Of a stretch of DNA of 64,000 bases, positions 37,275 through 52,700 are shown in pieces; within the stretch, counting starts at the first letter, position 1, and every line of letters starts with the position of its first letter. Where the stretch lies: the NCBI GenBank assembly GCA_021613535.1, contig CP075495.1:434001-498000 (forward strand), in the 5' to 3' direction. The notes below the pieces were generated by a model, which was given only the letters and a program-made list of their open reading frames with translations, was not told where the DNA came from and made no database searches. This DNA is from Adineta vaga (lineage: Eukaryota > Animalia > Rotifera). The translations under genes were made by a program, and so were the position numbers.

Positions 37275-39745
37275 ATGACGAGGATTAAATTCTTCTTCGG
37301 TGTTATTCTACTAGAAGTTTATATTGTGTATGCAACACATTTTCGTGGTGGTACAATTACATGGTTAGTTGTTCTTTCTTTTTTAAACTGATTTCAAACA
37401 TGATTTATTTCTAGGCGACCTGTGAATGCAACGCCTAATGGTCTTTCAGCGGATTTTCTCATACGTGAACGATATTCATGGCGTCGCGGTTTTCCTGACT
37501 GTGGCTGTACGGATGCAACTATTGCAAGCAAGGGCCTTATTGGACCTACTCATTATGTTAAATGTACAGCTCCAACTCCAGCCGGTAGCTGTTCGTCTTG
37601 GACTAACTTGGTTACAACAACATCTTGCACAGATTATAGTGTGAATCTTGATGTTAGTTCTGGTGAAAGAACAAGAATTGACAATTATCCATTAAATATT
37701 GCATTCACTATTTATTATACCGAAGCTGCATGGCTTAGTTTCCTTGTTAAAGGAAAGGATACAGATTGGTATGTAGCTAATCGAGTGAATACAAATCTCA
37801 GACCAGATGGTTATATCAATACAAGTCCTGTTGCTGTCACACTTCCGATTATCTATAAACAAGTTGGCATTCAACATGTTCATGTTGTTCAAATGTCGGA
37901 TTTTGATGGTTCAGATACTTTGAAATGTCGATGGGCAAATGCATCTAGTACTGTCACTCAGTATGATGAATGTGGTGGAATATGTGAAGGTGTTCCTGGT
38001 GCAAAACTTATTCCAGAAAACTGCACTATCGTATTTACACTAACAACTCCTGGTTGGTATGCAGGTGTAGCATTACAAATCGAAGACTACTTCACATCAA
38101 CATCACCAACACCAATGAGCTCTGTACCACTTCAGTTTCTTTTCTATGGTTATCCTGCACCTACTGGTTGTTCAACTCCACCAGAGATCATTGGTAATCG
38201 ACCTGATCGAGGTAAGTTAATACATCAATAAACACTCTTCTCTATATTTATTTGAAATCATTTCATTAGCTTGTATTGGTACACCGATCGGTTCAAATGT
38301 TACTGAATATATTATCGTCCAAACATTTTGTCCTGGTCAAACAATCGATGATTTTATAACAAGCTCTCCTATTGGTATGACGAAGAGTGATATTTTCAAT
38401 CCAAGTCCAGGTTTGTCTCATTTCAATCTCTAAGTTTGATATAATTTCTATTGTTGAATAGGTATTTATCATTTGATTCTCAGTTGGATTCCACAGTCAG
38501 ATCAATATGGTCCCGAGCCATTTTGTGCTGGTGCCATCGATAATGGAAATCTTCAATCCAATCAATGGTGTTTCACATTTTTAGTTGGTTTTGAATCACC
38601 TGATATCATTCGACCAACCATAGTTCAAGGTTCAGTTTCTCCAATTGGAACTGTCTTTCAGAATCAGACAGTTTTCTCCTTTCAAAGTAAATCTTGTTCG
38701 TTGATGATTAAATCATGTTCTCATTGTTTTGTGTTTTTAGCAACAAAAGCTGTCGATCGTCCAAAACGTAATGGTACAACTATCTATTTTCGAGATGCTG
38801 CAAATGACACAGCTGTGGCACAGTTTGATTGTGGTTGGGCACCTGAAGTCACATTCACCGGTTTCACAACTGTCATTCGTTTTGTCACTGTGAATTGGGA
38901 ACCTGGTCACTTCTACTATATCACAATGGATGGTGGTACGTGTTATCTCTTGAGATGACCTCTTCTGTTTTATATATTTTATCTGTATTAATATTTGTAG
39001 GTGTTGTGAGTGGAACTGAGTTTTGTGGTAAGTCATTATTTGTTCATATATAAGATCAATTGAAATGAAATGAAATGATATTGTTAGGACCTGAATCTGC
39101 ACCCATCACTGATAAAACCTATTGGGTATTTAATATTTGGAATCCTGCAGCATCATCAACAACAACAACAACCACGACACCATTTACAACAGTAACAGTA
39201 ACAACAAAACCAACATCAACAACAAGTATCAATACTTTAGTATGTTTTCATTTTATTGTACAATGTTTTATCATTGTGATTATTTTGATAATTAGTTAAC
39301 AACAACTGGTATTGTAATAACATCAACTACACCTGTTACAACAACAGCAACAACTGCACCTGCAACTACAACTGGTAAACAATTCGAATATTGTTTATTT
39401 TGTCTTTTTTTAAATTAATTTGATTTCATTTAATTTAGCACTAACAACAACTGGTCCAACTGCATCATCAGCAACAACTGGATCAACATTCTCTGCGTTA
39501 TCTCCAAAAGATTTTGTAATTATTAATCTCAATTTGAATATATTTGTATCTATATATGTTGATGATTTTAGGAAGAAGGATGTAAACAACCGATCGCGTT
39601 AATGACAAGTCTCATATTTATTGTCATGATGCCGATACACTCTGCTGTTGTGTATGCTGCATTTACTAAAATGGAAAAGATGTTCAATCCATCCCATATC
39701 CAAGCAAGAACACGACATAAACAACGAATGAAACGAATTCTCTAA
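37275..39745 (+). CDS. HFRGGTITW-family type I surface protein, copy 2
   Basis: Same ten-exon structure; N-terminal exons nearly identical to copy 1; stalk, TM and tail diverged; stop TAA at 39743-39745. Confidence 0.85.
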
Positions 39746-41780
39746 TCATATTGAACACATATTTATATTTAATCCAAAATTTTGATGACTCTATTTTATA
39801 ATTTGTTTGAAATAACCTTTATTTTTATGTGTGTTTGAATAATACTAAACGAAAAGCTAAATATGATGATTTATTCATAAAATGTAGATAGAATATTTTA
39901 ATCTAGATATGAGATGAGGAAGAAAATTATTCCTATTGTGAGAAGAACTCAATATTTCTTGGATGATATCTATTTTTAGAGATTTTTCATAACGATTAAA
40001 AAAAAGTGTTGAACATTTTATTTATTGATTAATTCTGTTTCTGTCATTGACTTCTGTTCAGAAAGAAAACTCATTGTCTGAAGTTGAAAAACATCTCCAT
40101 AGCTTGAGGTAAAATCATAACAAATACATTTCGATATAAAACAGAAAAGAAGGAACACAAATCTCTAAAACAAATTTGATCATTATCATTGAAATCAAAA
40201 TCAACAGAAGATTTTTATTTTGAGATAATAATTCAAAAATATCATTTGTATTAATGATCTTGTCTATCTTATTCATAATGAGTTAATTATTTACGAAAAG
40301 AAACAGTAGAAGATTTATTGATATAACAAATCGAAGAAGAAAAGAAATCCGAGTATTATGTATATGTGTAAGGCAAAGTTAAACTTTAATTTTTCAGGTA
40401 TTCTAAGTTTTAGTTTCAAATATGAATCTTAGTTTAAAATATGTTCGTATATGTTTTAAATTATGATTAATATAGAAATAATGTTTAGATAGGTATTTAT
40501 ATGATAAATTGTATTTAATAAAAAATGAAAGAAAGTTTTGGAAGAGATAGAGTACGCAAGTTGTTTTTAATAGAAAACGAACAAAAAGTTTAGAAAGATA
40601 TAGAGCTCACGAGTTGTACTCATTAGAAATTAGATTTAGTTGGGAAAAATATATAGTTTGGAGGTTATAAGTAGTATTAATGATTATGATGTTAATAGTC
40701 CGACCATAAAAAGGAGGAAATGAAGGATGTGATAAAAAATGTTCAAATGTGTTCAGTCCTGGTATGAAAATGTTCTTTTTCTAGAACGAGTTGCAATTTC
40801 TCCGGCTCACTGTTGTCGCAACTGTAGGCGTTAAGAATATTTTCTTCTTCATACAGATCTCTCGAGCGAGTTGTGAAGGTTTGATGGTCATATGATTTCG
40901 TCTCGTCCATGTTTTTCTAGCTTTATCCAACTAACTATAAATTGTCGAATGATCTTATCTTTTTTGAAATTACTATTATGACCATCTGGGAATTCAGTAT
41001 ACTTCTAAGATACTTCCACTATATATTCACCTGCGCTGTCTCCCTCTATTCATCATGTTTAAAACATTTATCTAAATTACCTGAATAAAAACTAGCATTT
41101 AATTAGAAAAGAAAAACTAATTTCTTGACTATGTGCTTATAATTATAAACGAATTTTACCTAAGTTTAATTTTGCCTAGGACATATATTTTAAAAAGTAA
41201 AACTGACTATCGATCGGTTTTTTGTCAATGTATCTAAAATAATTTATCTTTGTACACTGTAAGGAACCATTCCATAGATCCAGCGAGTATCCTCTTTTTA
41301 TCTCATAAATATATCTTGGAAGTTTTGGCAACGTAAAATAATGCAAAGATGATCTGGGTAAAATTCACCGAGATACCTCCGTAACAACCTTTTCCAAAGA
41401 TATAAACTCCATATTAATCTTTCTCCGTTATCTAAGAAATTACTATGAAAAGGTGGGTATAGGTGTGGAAAATCCGTTAATTCTACACCCATACCCATCT
41501 CAGTGAATATCTCCTCCGAAACTGATTTAATATAATATATTCCTTGAGTAATGCCATTCATGGTACAGATGAATATCTATGTATTCTAAACGTTAATTGA
41601 TTACTTCTTAGAGTATTTTGGTGTTTGAGTTTCAATGCTCAGTGTATTTATATTAAAATATTCCTGAATATCAAAATTATTTTTTTTAATGAATTAAAAT
41701 AAAGCGCGAACAACAAAGCAGAAGTGGACAATTCTAGATTGTACTCGCTACAAGAAAGAGAATATGTTTTAAATGATTAT

Positions 41781-43478
41781 CTAGAAATTTCGCCGATAAA
41801 ATGTTGCTGTACCACATTCGAAATCAAGTGTTACATGACGAAGAGAATGATTCATAGTTTGTACAAGTATTAATGCTTTTTGAATTGATTTTTCGTATTG
41901 TTTTTGATCATAAATACATTTTGAACCATAATAAGATGAAATTGATTTAAACGAAGAAAGACGAATGAAAATTGAACTAATAAATGTTGATATTTCATAT
42001 GGAAATGTTCCAAAATGATCAACAGTAAGTGTTGTTAATTGTGGTAAACATTTTATAATCATATCAATTGATTTTAATTTATATTTTCGATAAATTAATT
42101 GTTTAATTGATAAATATTGACGTTTTTCCAAAAGAAAAGTATCATTTGAAGTATTCAAATATTTCAAATTCGGCATTCGATCAAGTAAACGACAAAGAAG
42201 ATTTCGACGAACACATTGATTACAATAACAATTTGATTGAAAATAAAGAAAACGAACATGATGAAAAATATCTTCATCAAGAATAATATTTGGAATAATT
42301 ACTTTATCATCATGAAATGGACTAATATTACAATCAATTGAAATTAAATTTGGCATTAATTTAGCAATTGAATGAAATGATATCATTTGATTAATATCAT
42401 TTTCAATAATATAAAGATAACGAATATGAGAAAATGATTGATAAGAATTAAGTTTTGAATATGATGTAAATCCATATAATCTATTTAAATGAAATGGTAA
42501 TGAATAAATATGAATAAGATAATGATCAATTAATAAAATATCTTTTTGTTCAATATGATAAATAAATTGTTGTGTTTGATTAAGAAATATTCTTTCAATT
42601 TTATTCATTAATTTATTATCAATTAAAAATGAACCATAGAAATTAAATTGATCAAATCTTATTTTATATTGTTCAATTATTGACCAAAATTCTTCATTAA
42701 AAATTATCCAATAGAATTTCATAGTAATTTTCTTAAGAATTTCTTTATTTGGACAACATTGATCGATAAAAATTTGAATTTGATCAAATGGTAATTGTAA
42801 ATTACTATTACATTCATTTCCTTGTTGTGTTGAAAATGAAAGACAAGTTAATTGTTTTAATCGTTGAAAATTAATAATCATTGTTTGAAAATAATTAGAT
42901 GAATACTTTTCTATACAATTAAATATATCAAAATTCTTAGCAAATGTTACTGATAAATATTGAAGAAATGATGTTTGTTTGACTATGTCTATTAAATGAC
43001 TCATTGTATTAACATATAATTTTAAATTAATCAAATTTGAATGATAAATTTCAATAGGTAATTCACGATTTGTTGAAAATTGAAGAATTGTTTGAGGAAT
43101 AATCAATTTTGAATCAAATGAAACGATTCGTTTATCATCAAAATAAATATGAAGAATTTTCAAATTCATATTCATTATTAATTCATTCCATTGAGAAACA
43201 TTTCGAAGATGTAATGAATATAATTGAAAATATTGACAATTAACTAATAAATAAATATTTAATTGATCTATTTTTAATTGTTTAATTGTTTGACAAATCC
43301 ATTGTAAATCTTCTTGATTTCCATTCCAATCATTTGTTAAATCAAGAATTTTGATATATGATCGAACAAGATAATCACATCGATTATTAAGTTGTGTAAA
43401 AGATCGAAGAATATCAGTTGATGTTAAAAAATCAAAGATTAAATAGATAATTTCATTTGGAAGTTTCATAAATAACAT
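41781..43478 (-). CDS. F-box protein with degenerate LRR-like C-terminus
   Basis: MLFMKLPNEIIYLIFDFL..DILRSF..LNNR F-box pattern; HIYSLPF motif; LxxL repeats; intronless. Confidence 0.8.
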   Translation of the reverse strand: MLFMKLPNEIIYLIFDFLTSTDILRSFTQLNNRCDYLVRSYIKILDLTNDWNGNQEDLQWICQTIKQLKIDQLNIYLLVNCQYFQLYSLHLRNVSQWNELIMNMNLKILHIYFDDKRIVSFDSKLIIPQTILQFSTNRELPIEIYHSNLINLKLYVNTMSHLIDIVKQTSFLQYLSVTFAKNFDIFNCIEKYSSNYFQTMIINFQRLKQLTCLSFSTQQGNECNSNLQLPFDQIQIFIDQCCPNKEILKKITMKFYWIIFNEEFWSIIEQYKIRFDQFNFYGSFLIDNKLMNKIERIFLNQTQQFIYHIEQKDILLIDHYLIHIYSLPFHLNRLYGFTSYSKLNSYQSFSHIRYLYIIENDINQMISFHSIAKLMPNLISIDCNISPFHDDKVIIPNIILDEDIFHHVRFLYFQSNCYCNQCVRRNLLCRLLDRMPNLKYLNTSNDTFLLEKRQYLSIKQLIYRKYKLKSIDMIIKCLPQLTTLTVDHFGTFPYEISTFISSIFIRLSSFKSISSYYGSKCIYDQKQYEKSIQKALILVQTMNHSLRHVTLDFECGTATFYRRNF

Positions 43479-46014
43479 TTTGTTGTTGAAATATGTCTTT
43501 GAAGAAAACAAATTATTACAAGAACTTAAGTAGAAAAAAGAAACGTCATTTTTATTGACATTTTGTCATACCACGTAGAGAAGAAGGATTTATATCATAC
43601 AAGAAAAAGATCACGGTTCTTTGTTATTCCATAGGTGTTACATTTTTTACGGTAAATCACAATAACAATTGTTGAATCGGATTAAATATGAGAAACATCT
43701 GTTATTGATAAGTTAATTTTAATACAATAATATACGAATCAAATATGTTGGAGAAAATAAAGATTATTTTAGAATATGAAAATATTCTTATAAGAAGATA
43801 TTCAACAATTTTGATGAGAAAATATTGATTATACAAATGCTTTGTTATTCTTTCCTTCTGATCTTGTGTTCTCTCTTTCTCTCTCTGTGTTGTCGAGTGA
43901 GGTTGATAGAAACTATCTTGTATTGACTACAGTTTTCTTTTTAATTGCGTATTTATATATTGTTATCATGTTTTATTACAAATAAATTCATTTCTATCCT
44001 ATCTTGAAGAAATACGACAATATGATCAATAGAATAAATACATTTCAATAAAAATAGAAGTATTATATTTCGGATTGTAATCAAATTTGTATAGATTGTA
44101 GACAACAAACGACGATTACTTCGAAATGAACGTGCATTGTCGATTGTTTCGGTTGCCAGAGTAAGTTTCTAGTCTATGGGATGGGAATGTATGATGAGAC
44201 CAATGAAAACGAAACATAATCACAGAAAAGAAAAGAAACACACATATATGAAAGTTAACATCATGAAGTGACATCGAATGACGCTAACATTCCTACGAAA
44301 ACCGATCTGTCTTCTTTGACTTGGAAGACTACAGAGCTATGCAAATTAATTTAAGTTATTAAGTATTTTTCAGTTTCTGAATTTGTGAGGTTCGCGTCGT
44401 ACAGAATGTACATGGAACAGCAATCTCCAGTATAATATCACAAAACTATTTTCGATATAAAAAATAGTATTTTATTGAATGAAAGAGATAGAAACATAAC
44501 AAAATATAGGAAAAAAGTTAATGATAGTAAAGATAAATCTATAATCTAATATTGACACATATAAATAACTAAATATGATTTTTACGATTTGAATTTTGGT
44601 CGATGTAACAAAGTAACTTAAGTAGTTACATATTAACTAGTAAAGTAAATGTAAAGTACCATATCCTTAGTGCGTAGTGATAAAAAAACGAACTGTGGTA
44701 ATAAGATCTAAACTTTCTTTGATGTAAAGCGGTAACTATGTCGATTTTTGTTTACTATTATTATCTTTTTTTTCAACATTTTGTTCTATTTCTACCTGAT
44801 CTATTCAAAAAAAGAATGTTTTTTCCATATGAAAAACAGTTTTACAATTATCTACATAAAGAAGAGAATGACCATGTTTATTCATATGAAAAGGTCAAAA
44901 TTCATCAATATAGTTAACAAGAATTGGAATAGAACGAAAAAAAAGTAGAATGACATGATAGACAAAAAATGAACTCAAATGACGAAATAGAAGAAAGTCA
45001 TTATGTTTTTACTATGCTCAAAAGAAAGAATCGTTGATACTAACGGAATTCAACTTGATTAAAAAAATCTATCAAACAAAGTTTCATAAGAATAACCCAT
45101 GTAAAACAATTCTTGCTAATGGATTCCGACGAAATTATTTCGGAACGCGAGGATCCAATCGGACGTGTTTGATCTGTGAAAGTGTCGAGATTTGATTTGA
45201 AATTACAAAACATAATTTCAATTGAAACATATGCATCTCAAGTTTTGCACAATTCTGTTATTATCAATTTGAAGATAAGTTGATGATGAAATGAACTGAT
45301 ATTCTATGAGTAAATGGTATTTCATAATATATAGATTAACGAGAGAAAAAGTTTCGAAATATATCTGCTCACTATATGTTTACATAGTAACAATGTACAC
45401 AATCTTTTATTTTCCATTTAATTCAAAGATAAACTAAATTCCTCTTTCGATCTTTTTCTCCTCGAGAAATCTTATCCATTAAATTGAATCATTCTCTTTT
45501 TTCTAAATGTTCTTATTGATTCACGTATATTACTAATTGGAAATATTTTCTACGGAATATAAAGAATTATTCAACAATGAATTTCATCTAAACCATTGTA
45601 ATTATAAAACTTTTCTTTTAATCTTTAATTGTTTATTCAAACTTTTTAGTTCAGTTATTCTTCACATAAAAGAATTGTTGTTTTCTTTCGTCGCGTGACA
45701 AAGAAATGCACTTTTTTTTCAAACTCAAACGAAACAGAACAGTAAAACTACAAATGTCCTTAAAATTCATTTTTTTCACTAAACATTTTCCGATGCTGAA
45801 AAACAAAGAGAAAATTGTTTACATTTGTTTTTAAGAATTGATTTCTCACAGAGAGATGACGAATGTTGATAAGTATGAGAAAGAATACGTCTATTCATTC
45901 TCTTTAATTGTCGTTTAGTTTAACTCGATAAGAGAGAAGAAAAAAGAAATCATCTATAAAAACACTTTGCACTTTGTTTTTCGCATTACTATTCATTTTA
46001 CTTCAATCGAAAGG

Positions 46015-48496
46015 ATGAATATGAAACTTTTTTTGATTTACTTTTTATTACAAATTTCTATTGTATATGGTTCGCATTTTCGTGGTGGAACAATTACATG
46101 GTTAGTCAATAGAAATATATTTTGTCTTGTCATTTATATCTAAGTTTGTTTTCTTTAGGCGACCTTTGAATGCAACACCTAATGGTGTTTCAGCTACTTT
46201 TATCATTCGTGAACGATATTCATGGCGTCTCACTTTCTCTGCAGCTACCTATTGTGATTCTAATACTATCGCTACTAGTGGTCTTATTGGTGCAGGTGAT
46301 ACTGTTCAATGTACAGGTGCATCTCCAGCCGGTAGCTGCTCGTCTTGGAGTACTATGCCTACAACAACATATTGTACAGACTTCAGTACTGCTCTTGATG
46401 TTAGTTCTGGTGAAAGAACAAAACAATATACATTTCCATTGGGTCTTTCATTTACCATTTATTATACTCAAGCTGCCTGGCTTAATGAACTTGTTGTAGG
46501 AGGTGGTTCACCATGGTATGTAGCTAATCGAGTGAATACAAATCTCAGACCAGATGGTTATATCAATACAAGTCCTGTTGCTGTCACACTTCCGATTATC
46601 TATAAGCAGATTAATATTCAACATGTTCATGTTGTTCAAATGTCGGATTTTGATGGTTCAGATACTTTACAATGTCGATGGGCAACTGCAACTGGTAATA
46701 TCAATCAATACAATGAATGTGGTGGAATTTGTAACGCTGTTCCTAGTTCTGTGCTTATTGGAACAAACTGTACTATTGTATTTACATTAACAGTTGCTTA
46801 TAGATATGCAGGAGTTGCATTACAAATCGAAGATTACTTCACATCAACATCACCAACACCAATGAGCTCTGTACCACTCGAATTTCTTTTCTATGGTTAT
46901 CCTGCACCTACTGGTTGTTCAACACCGCCAGAAATCATTGGTAATCGACCTAATCGAGGTAAGTTAATGCATCACTTGACACCTTTTTCTATATTTATTT
47001 GAAAATCATTTCATTAGCTTGTATTGGTACACCGGTCGGTTCTAATGTTACTGAATATGTTATCGTCCAAACATTTTGTCCTGGTCAAACAATTACTAAT
47101 TTTATAACAAGTACTCCAATTGGTATGAAGAAGAGTGCGATTCTTAATCCAAGTCCAGGTTAGTTCTTTCTCAATCTCTAAGTTTGATATAATTTCTATT
47201 GTTGAATAGGTATTTATCATTTAATTCTCAGTTGGATTCCAACATCCAATCAATATGGTCCCGAGCCATTTTGTGCTGGTGCCATTGATAATGGAAATCT
47301 TCAATCCAATCAATGGTGTGTCACATTTTTAGTTGGTTTTGAATCACCTGATATCATTCGACCAACCATAGTTCAAGGTTCTGTTTCTCCAATTGGAACT
47401 GTCTTTCAGAATCAGACAGTTTTCTCCTTTCAAAGTAACCATGGTGGCTTGTGTCCTTTAATATATTTTCATTGTTTTATCTCTTTAGCAACAAAATCCG
47501 TCAATCGTCCAACACGTAACGGCACAACGATCTATTTTCGAGATGCTGCAAATGACACAGCTGTTGCACAGTTTGATTGTGGTTGGGCACCTGAAGTCAC
47601 ATTCACCGGTTTCACAACTGTCATTCGTTTTGTCACTGTGAATTGGGAACCTGGTCACTTCTACTATATCACAATGGATGGTGGTACGTGTTTTCTCTTG
47701 AGATGACCTCTTCTGTTTTATATATTTGATTTGTATTGATAATTGTAGGTGTTGTAAGTGGAACTGAGTTTTGTGGTAAGTCATTATTTGTTCATATATA
47801 AGATCAATTGAAATGATATTGTTAGGGCCTGAATCTGCACCCATCACTGATAAAACTTATTGGGTATATAATATTTGGAATCCTGCAGTATCATCGACAA
47901 CAACAACAACAACAACACCATTTACAACAGTGACAGTAACAACAAAACCAACATCAACAACAAGTATCAATACTTTAGTATGTTTTTATTTCATTGTATA
48001 GTATTTCAGTATTGTGAATATTTTGATAATTAGTTAACAACAACTGGTATTGTCATAACAACAACTGCACCTATAACAACAACAGCAACAACTTCATCAA
48101 GTTCACCTCCAACGACAGCTGGTAAGAAATGAAATATTTTTCATGTTTCTCTTTTCTATAATATCATTTCTTGTAGCTCCAACAACAGCTGGTCCAACTG
48201 CATCATCAGCAACAACTGAATCAACAGTTGCTGTTATGTATCCAAAAGATTTTGTAAGTGTTGAAACTCAATTTGTATCTATATATCTATATCTATATAT
48301 ATATATGTGTTGATGATTGTAGGAAGAAGCATGTATGCAACCCGTAGCAATTATGACAAGCCTCATATTTATTGTTTTGATGCCTGGACAGGCTCTAGCA
48401 ATGTATGCCATATTTACAAAACTTGAAAATATCTTTAATCCATCACGTATTCAAACAAAAACACGTCATAGACAACGAATGAAACGAATTCTATGA
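46015..48496 (+). CDS. HFRGGTITW-family type I surface protein, copy 3
   Basis: Same exon structure; divergent signal peptide and N-domain; 3' half nearly identical to copy 1; stop TGA at 48494-48496. Confidence 0.85.
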
Positions 48497-49353
48497 GCAT
48501 GAAAGGAACTTTATTTACTTGAACAGTTTCTTTTATTTAATCAAACATATTGATGTTCATTCTTTTCGAGCTTTTCTTCCCTATTTTTATCTCAAATAAT
48601 CTTTGGTTTAATGTGTGTGTGTGTTTATTTTTGAATAATAACACCCTACCATAGAATTTTCATAAGAAATGGAATCAGAAGATGAAAAAGACTAATGAAA
48701 GATGAACTATTTAAAGTTGAGAATAAATCTTGAGAGGATGTGGGTGTAGAATTAACGCATTTTCCCTAATATCTATCGACAATACTACATAGCAGTCCAA
48801 ACTCTCGACTGAAGCATTAACAAAAAACGGAATTTACTGACAATTTCACCTGATAAATGTTTTGTTTTGGAAGTGAGTTTTGTATAATTTTGAGGATACT
48901 TGTGTTATATTAATCGATAGACAACCAAAAAATAAGTAACACTGATTCCATGCATTCACGAGTCTTTTTCTGAAAGACTGAGAAGAGTATTCTGAGCGCT
49001 CAAAAACATCATGATTTCTCATATTTTCATTGTCTACTTGTTAATATTTATTGATACTAATATAAGGTTTAAAACCTTCACTTTATGAAATATATGATGT
49101 ACACAACTGAGATTCAGACATGAAAAGGAAAAGTAGAGTAATGATATTATGCAATGAAATGTTCAATCTTTCAGAGACTTTTCAAGAAAATGTTTTTCTG
49201 ACCTTTGAATCGCGACAAACGTATTTCCAATATTTTATGCTTACCACCCGCCTTTCAACCGAGGGAATATTACTAAGAATAAAATTTTGAATATATAAGA
49301 TAAACAGTATCTTGAAAAGTGAGTCTTACATGACAAAGAGCGAGTCATTCATA

Positions 49354-49443
49354 TTGAGAGGTGGGTAATAAGGCACTAAACCACACCCATCCTGTTCCAT
49401 AGCCCAGATCACAATGATCCTCAGCCATCAACAACACCCTCAA
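49354..49443. repeat. Mini element with inverted telomere-like arms
   Basis: TTGAGAGGTGGGT ... CCACACCC ... CAACACCCTCAA. Confidence 0.5.
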
Positions 49444-49782
49444 GATTATTTATCGTGATATATTTTCGATTTGAAAGTTCATTCTCATATATATATTTTA
49501 TCCATTTATTTGAACAAATATTCATCAAAGTTTTTGCATCTCAAATGAGAAACACATACGTATATCGATAAAATATATCAACATGGAAAAGAATAACTAA
49601 CATTTACATCGAATAAAATCGGAAACAAGTCACTTTTGTATCCTATTTAAAAAGCATTTACAAGTTGACGGAAATTCGTCAACAAAAATAATCTATGACA
49701 GATGTTTCGATAAGTAACTCTTGTTGTGTTTCATTAGAATCAAAAGTATTATATATCACGTTTTCATTTGCACGTATAAATT

Positions 49783-52700
49783 ATGGAGAAATGTAATGAT
49801 CATCAGATTAAGTTGATATCCATACGAGACATTGATCACAATGAACAGATACAAAATCATTCTCAAGTATTTAATCAAACTATTAATATGACAAATATTT
49901 CATCAATACAAAGGACAGATGATATGTTAGATTCGAATAGTATTGAAAACAAAACAATTACAATCAATCCTCGACTTGTAGAACTGATTACTCAATCGCA
50001 AACTTTACCAATTAAGAATACTCAAATGATTCTGAATCCTCTTCAAGGATATGCCGAACAACCTCTTCTACCATTATCCAAAGCTTGTACACCACTCAAT
50101 GATATTTTTCATAATTTATCATTTTATGTTCAACAAGCATTGAATGAAACACCGGAACAACCAAAAGATGGATTAACTATTGATGAAAGTGCTTCAATTC
50201 GTCTTTATACATTAGAATGGGAAAAACCACATCGAAGTCTTTATTCATTACTCAATTTTACTTTAAAGAATGGAAATCGTGATGATCTTCTACCTTATTT
50301 CAAATATCTTAAACTTTTGTTAACTGCTCTAGTTAAATTACCATGTGTTCCATCATCAACAGTTTGGCGAGGAGTAACGAGAAATTTAAGTTCTGATTTT
50401 CCTCCTGGTACTGAAATAACATGGTGGTCATTTTCATCATGTACAAATGAAATGACTGTACTTGAAAATAATATGTTTTTGGGTAATCAAGGTGATCGAA
50501 CATTATTTTCTGTTGAAACAATAAATTGTCGAACAATTCGTGAACATTCACATTTTATTACTGAAGATGAAGTTCTTCTTTTACCTGGAACACAAATGAT
50601 TGTTCAATCACAATTATCTCCAGCACCTGATCTTTATATAATTCATTTAAAACAAATTCTACCTAAACAAATTTTATTAGAACTTCCTTTTGAAGGTAAA
50701 ACTAATGATAAAATTTGTAGATAAATTAAATTATATTTAATTCTTATAGGTGCCCATCTTTATCCTAAACCTAAGTAAGTAAATGATTTCATTAATTTCT
50801 AAATGTATTTTCTCTGATACTTTTTATGAAATGATCAAGACGTCAATGGTATCGTAAAAAGAGATTTGTCATTCCAAGTGTATTTTTCATCAGTCTGATC
50901 ATTGTTGGTATTCTACTCGGTTCTGTTCTCGGAACAAGATTCAAAAACAAATCATCAGGTATAGTTTGTTATTAGATCTTTATTATCAATTGAAAAATTT
51001 GCTTAGAATTTTAATAAATTCATATTGACTTTTTTCTTTTAGTAACTATATGTGATAATCCATTACAAGGACATATTTTCTATGATGCTGGAAAAAATCC
51101 ATGGGATGCAACACTTGGTTATTTCAGAAACAACAAAACCTTAGATGTGGCAGTAGTCAACTTCATCGAGAATACTGTTTATGTTTCTTTTGGAAATGGC
51201 GATGGAACGTTCCAATATTTAGGAAGAACTATGGTTGGTAAATATCCATGTTTTACAGCATCACATGATTTCAATAATGATGGACAATTGGATCTTGTCA
51301 TTGTTTTAAAAGAAGAAAATGCTATCACTATATTACTTGGTAAAGGAAATGGATTATTTGAAAATTCATATAATTATACAGTTGGAAAAAAGCCTTACTC
51401 TATATTAGTCAATGATTTTAATAATGATAATAAATTAGATCTAATCGTTCCAAATGAAGGTGATCATACTATTAGTGTCTTACTTGGAAATGATTATGGA
51501 ACTTTTCAAACTCCAACTAGTTATGCAGTTGGTATGGGTCCAATTCTTGCAGTGTCAAGTGATTTCAATAATGATGAAAAATTAGATCTTGCGGTGCTCG
51601 GTTACAGGAACGGTACCGTTAGTATATTCTTTGGTGATGGAAATGGAAAGTTTCATATTTTGATACATCATGAATTTAATCGATTGGCATACCATATGAT
51701 GTTGGGTGATTTTAATAATGACACAAAAGCAGATCTAATTATATGTTTGAATAACAAAATTATTAAAGTATTGTTAGGAAATGGAAATGGAACATTTGAG
51801 ATGTTTTTGAATAATACATTTATTGAAGATTGTTATACAGGAATAGTAAGTGATTTGAATAAAGATAATAAATTAGATTTAATATTAGCCAGTTTGGGGA
51901 ATAAATGTGTTACTGTAATGTTTGGAAATGGAAATGGAACATTTCAGAATGGAATCTGCTATAAGACTGCTGCCGTACCACAGCATATAATTTTGAATGA
52001 TTTTAATAATGATAGTTATTTGGATTTAGTGGTAGTTTATCAACAACAAAATACCATTAGCGTATTGATTGGCAACAGTAACGGAACATTTCACAATGCA
52101 TCGGACTATAAAGTTGGAAAGAAGCCAGTTCATCTGGCGACTGGTGATTTTAATAACGATAGAAAAGCAGATCTCGCAGTGATAAACGCTGATGATGGTA
52201 CTTTTAGTATTTTGTTGGGAAATGAACATGGAAATTTTCAGGCTGTAATGAATTATACAGTTGGTCATCGCCCAGCATCGTTAATAAATGGTGATTTTAA
52301 TAATGATAATAAATTAGATTTGGTTGTCGTTAATTTTTATGAAAACAAGATCGGTATTTTATTGGGAGAAGAACAAGGACTTTTTCGAACTCCAAAATAT
52401 TATACGGTCGGTGAAAATCCAAGTTCAATTATATCAGAAGATTTTAATAATGATAGAATATTGGATCTAGTAGTGACCAATGAAGGCAGCAATAGTATTT
52501 GTGTATTGATAGGTAATGGTAATGGTACTTTTCAAATACCAATATTCTATTCGACGAAAAGTTTGCCACAATTTTTAGCATCAGGTGATTTTAATCGTGA
52601 CAATAAATTGGATGTAGTTGTGACTCATAGTGACGGTTCGGTTGATGTACTATTTGGCGATGAAAATGGAAGATTTCAGAATCGAATATCATTTGATATT

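Noticed and set aside
40700-41561. Possible transposase or viral relic including the 87-aa ORF 41298-41561
   Set aside because: No diagnostic motif recognised; needs tBLASTx against TE libraries.
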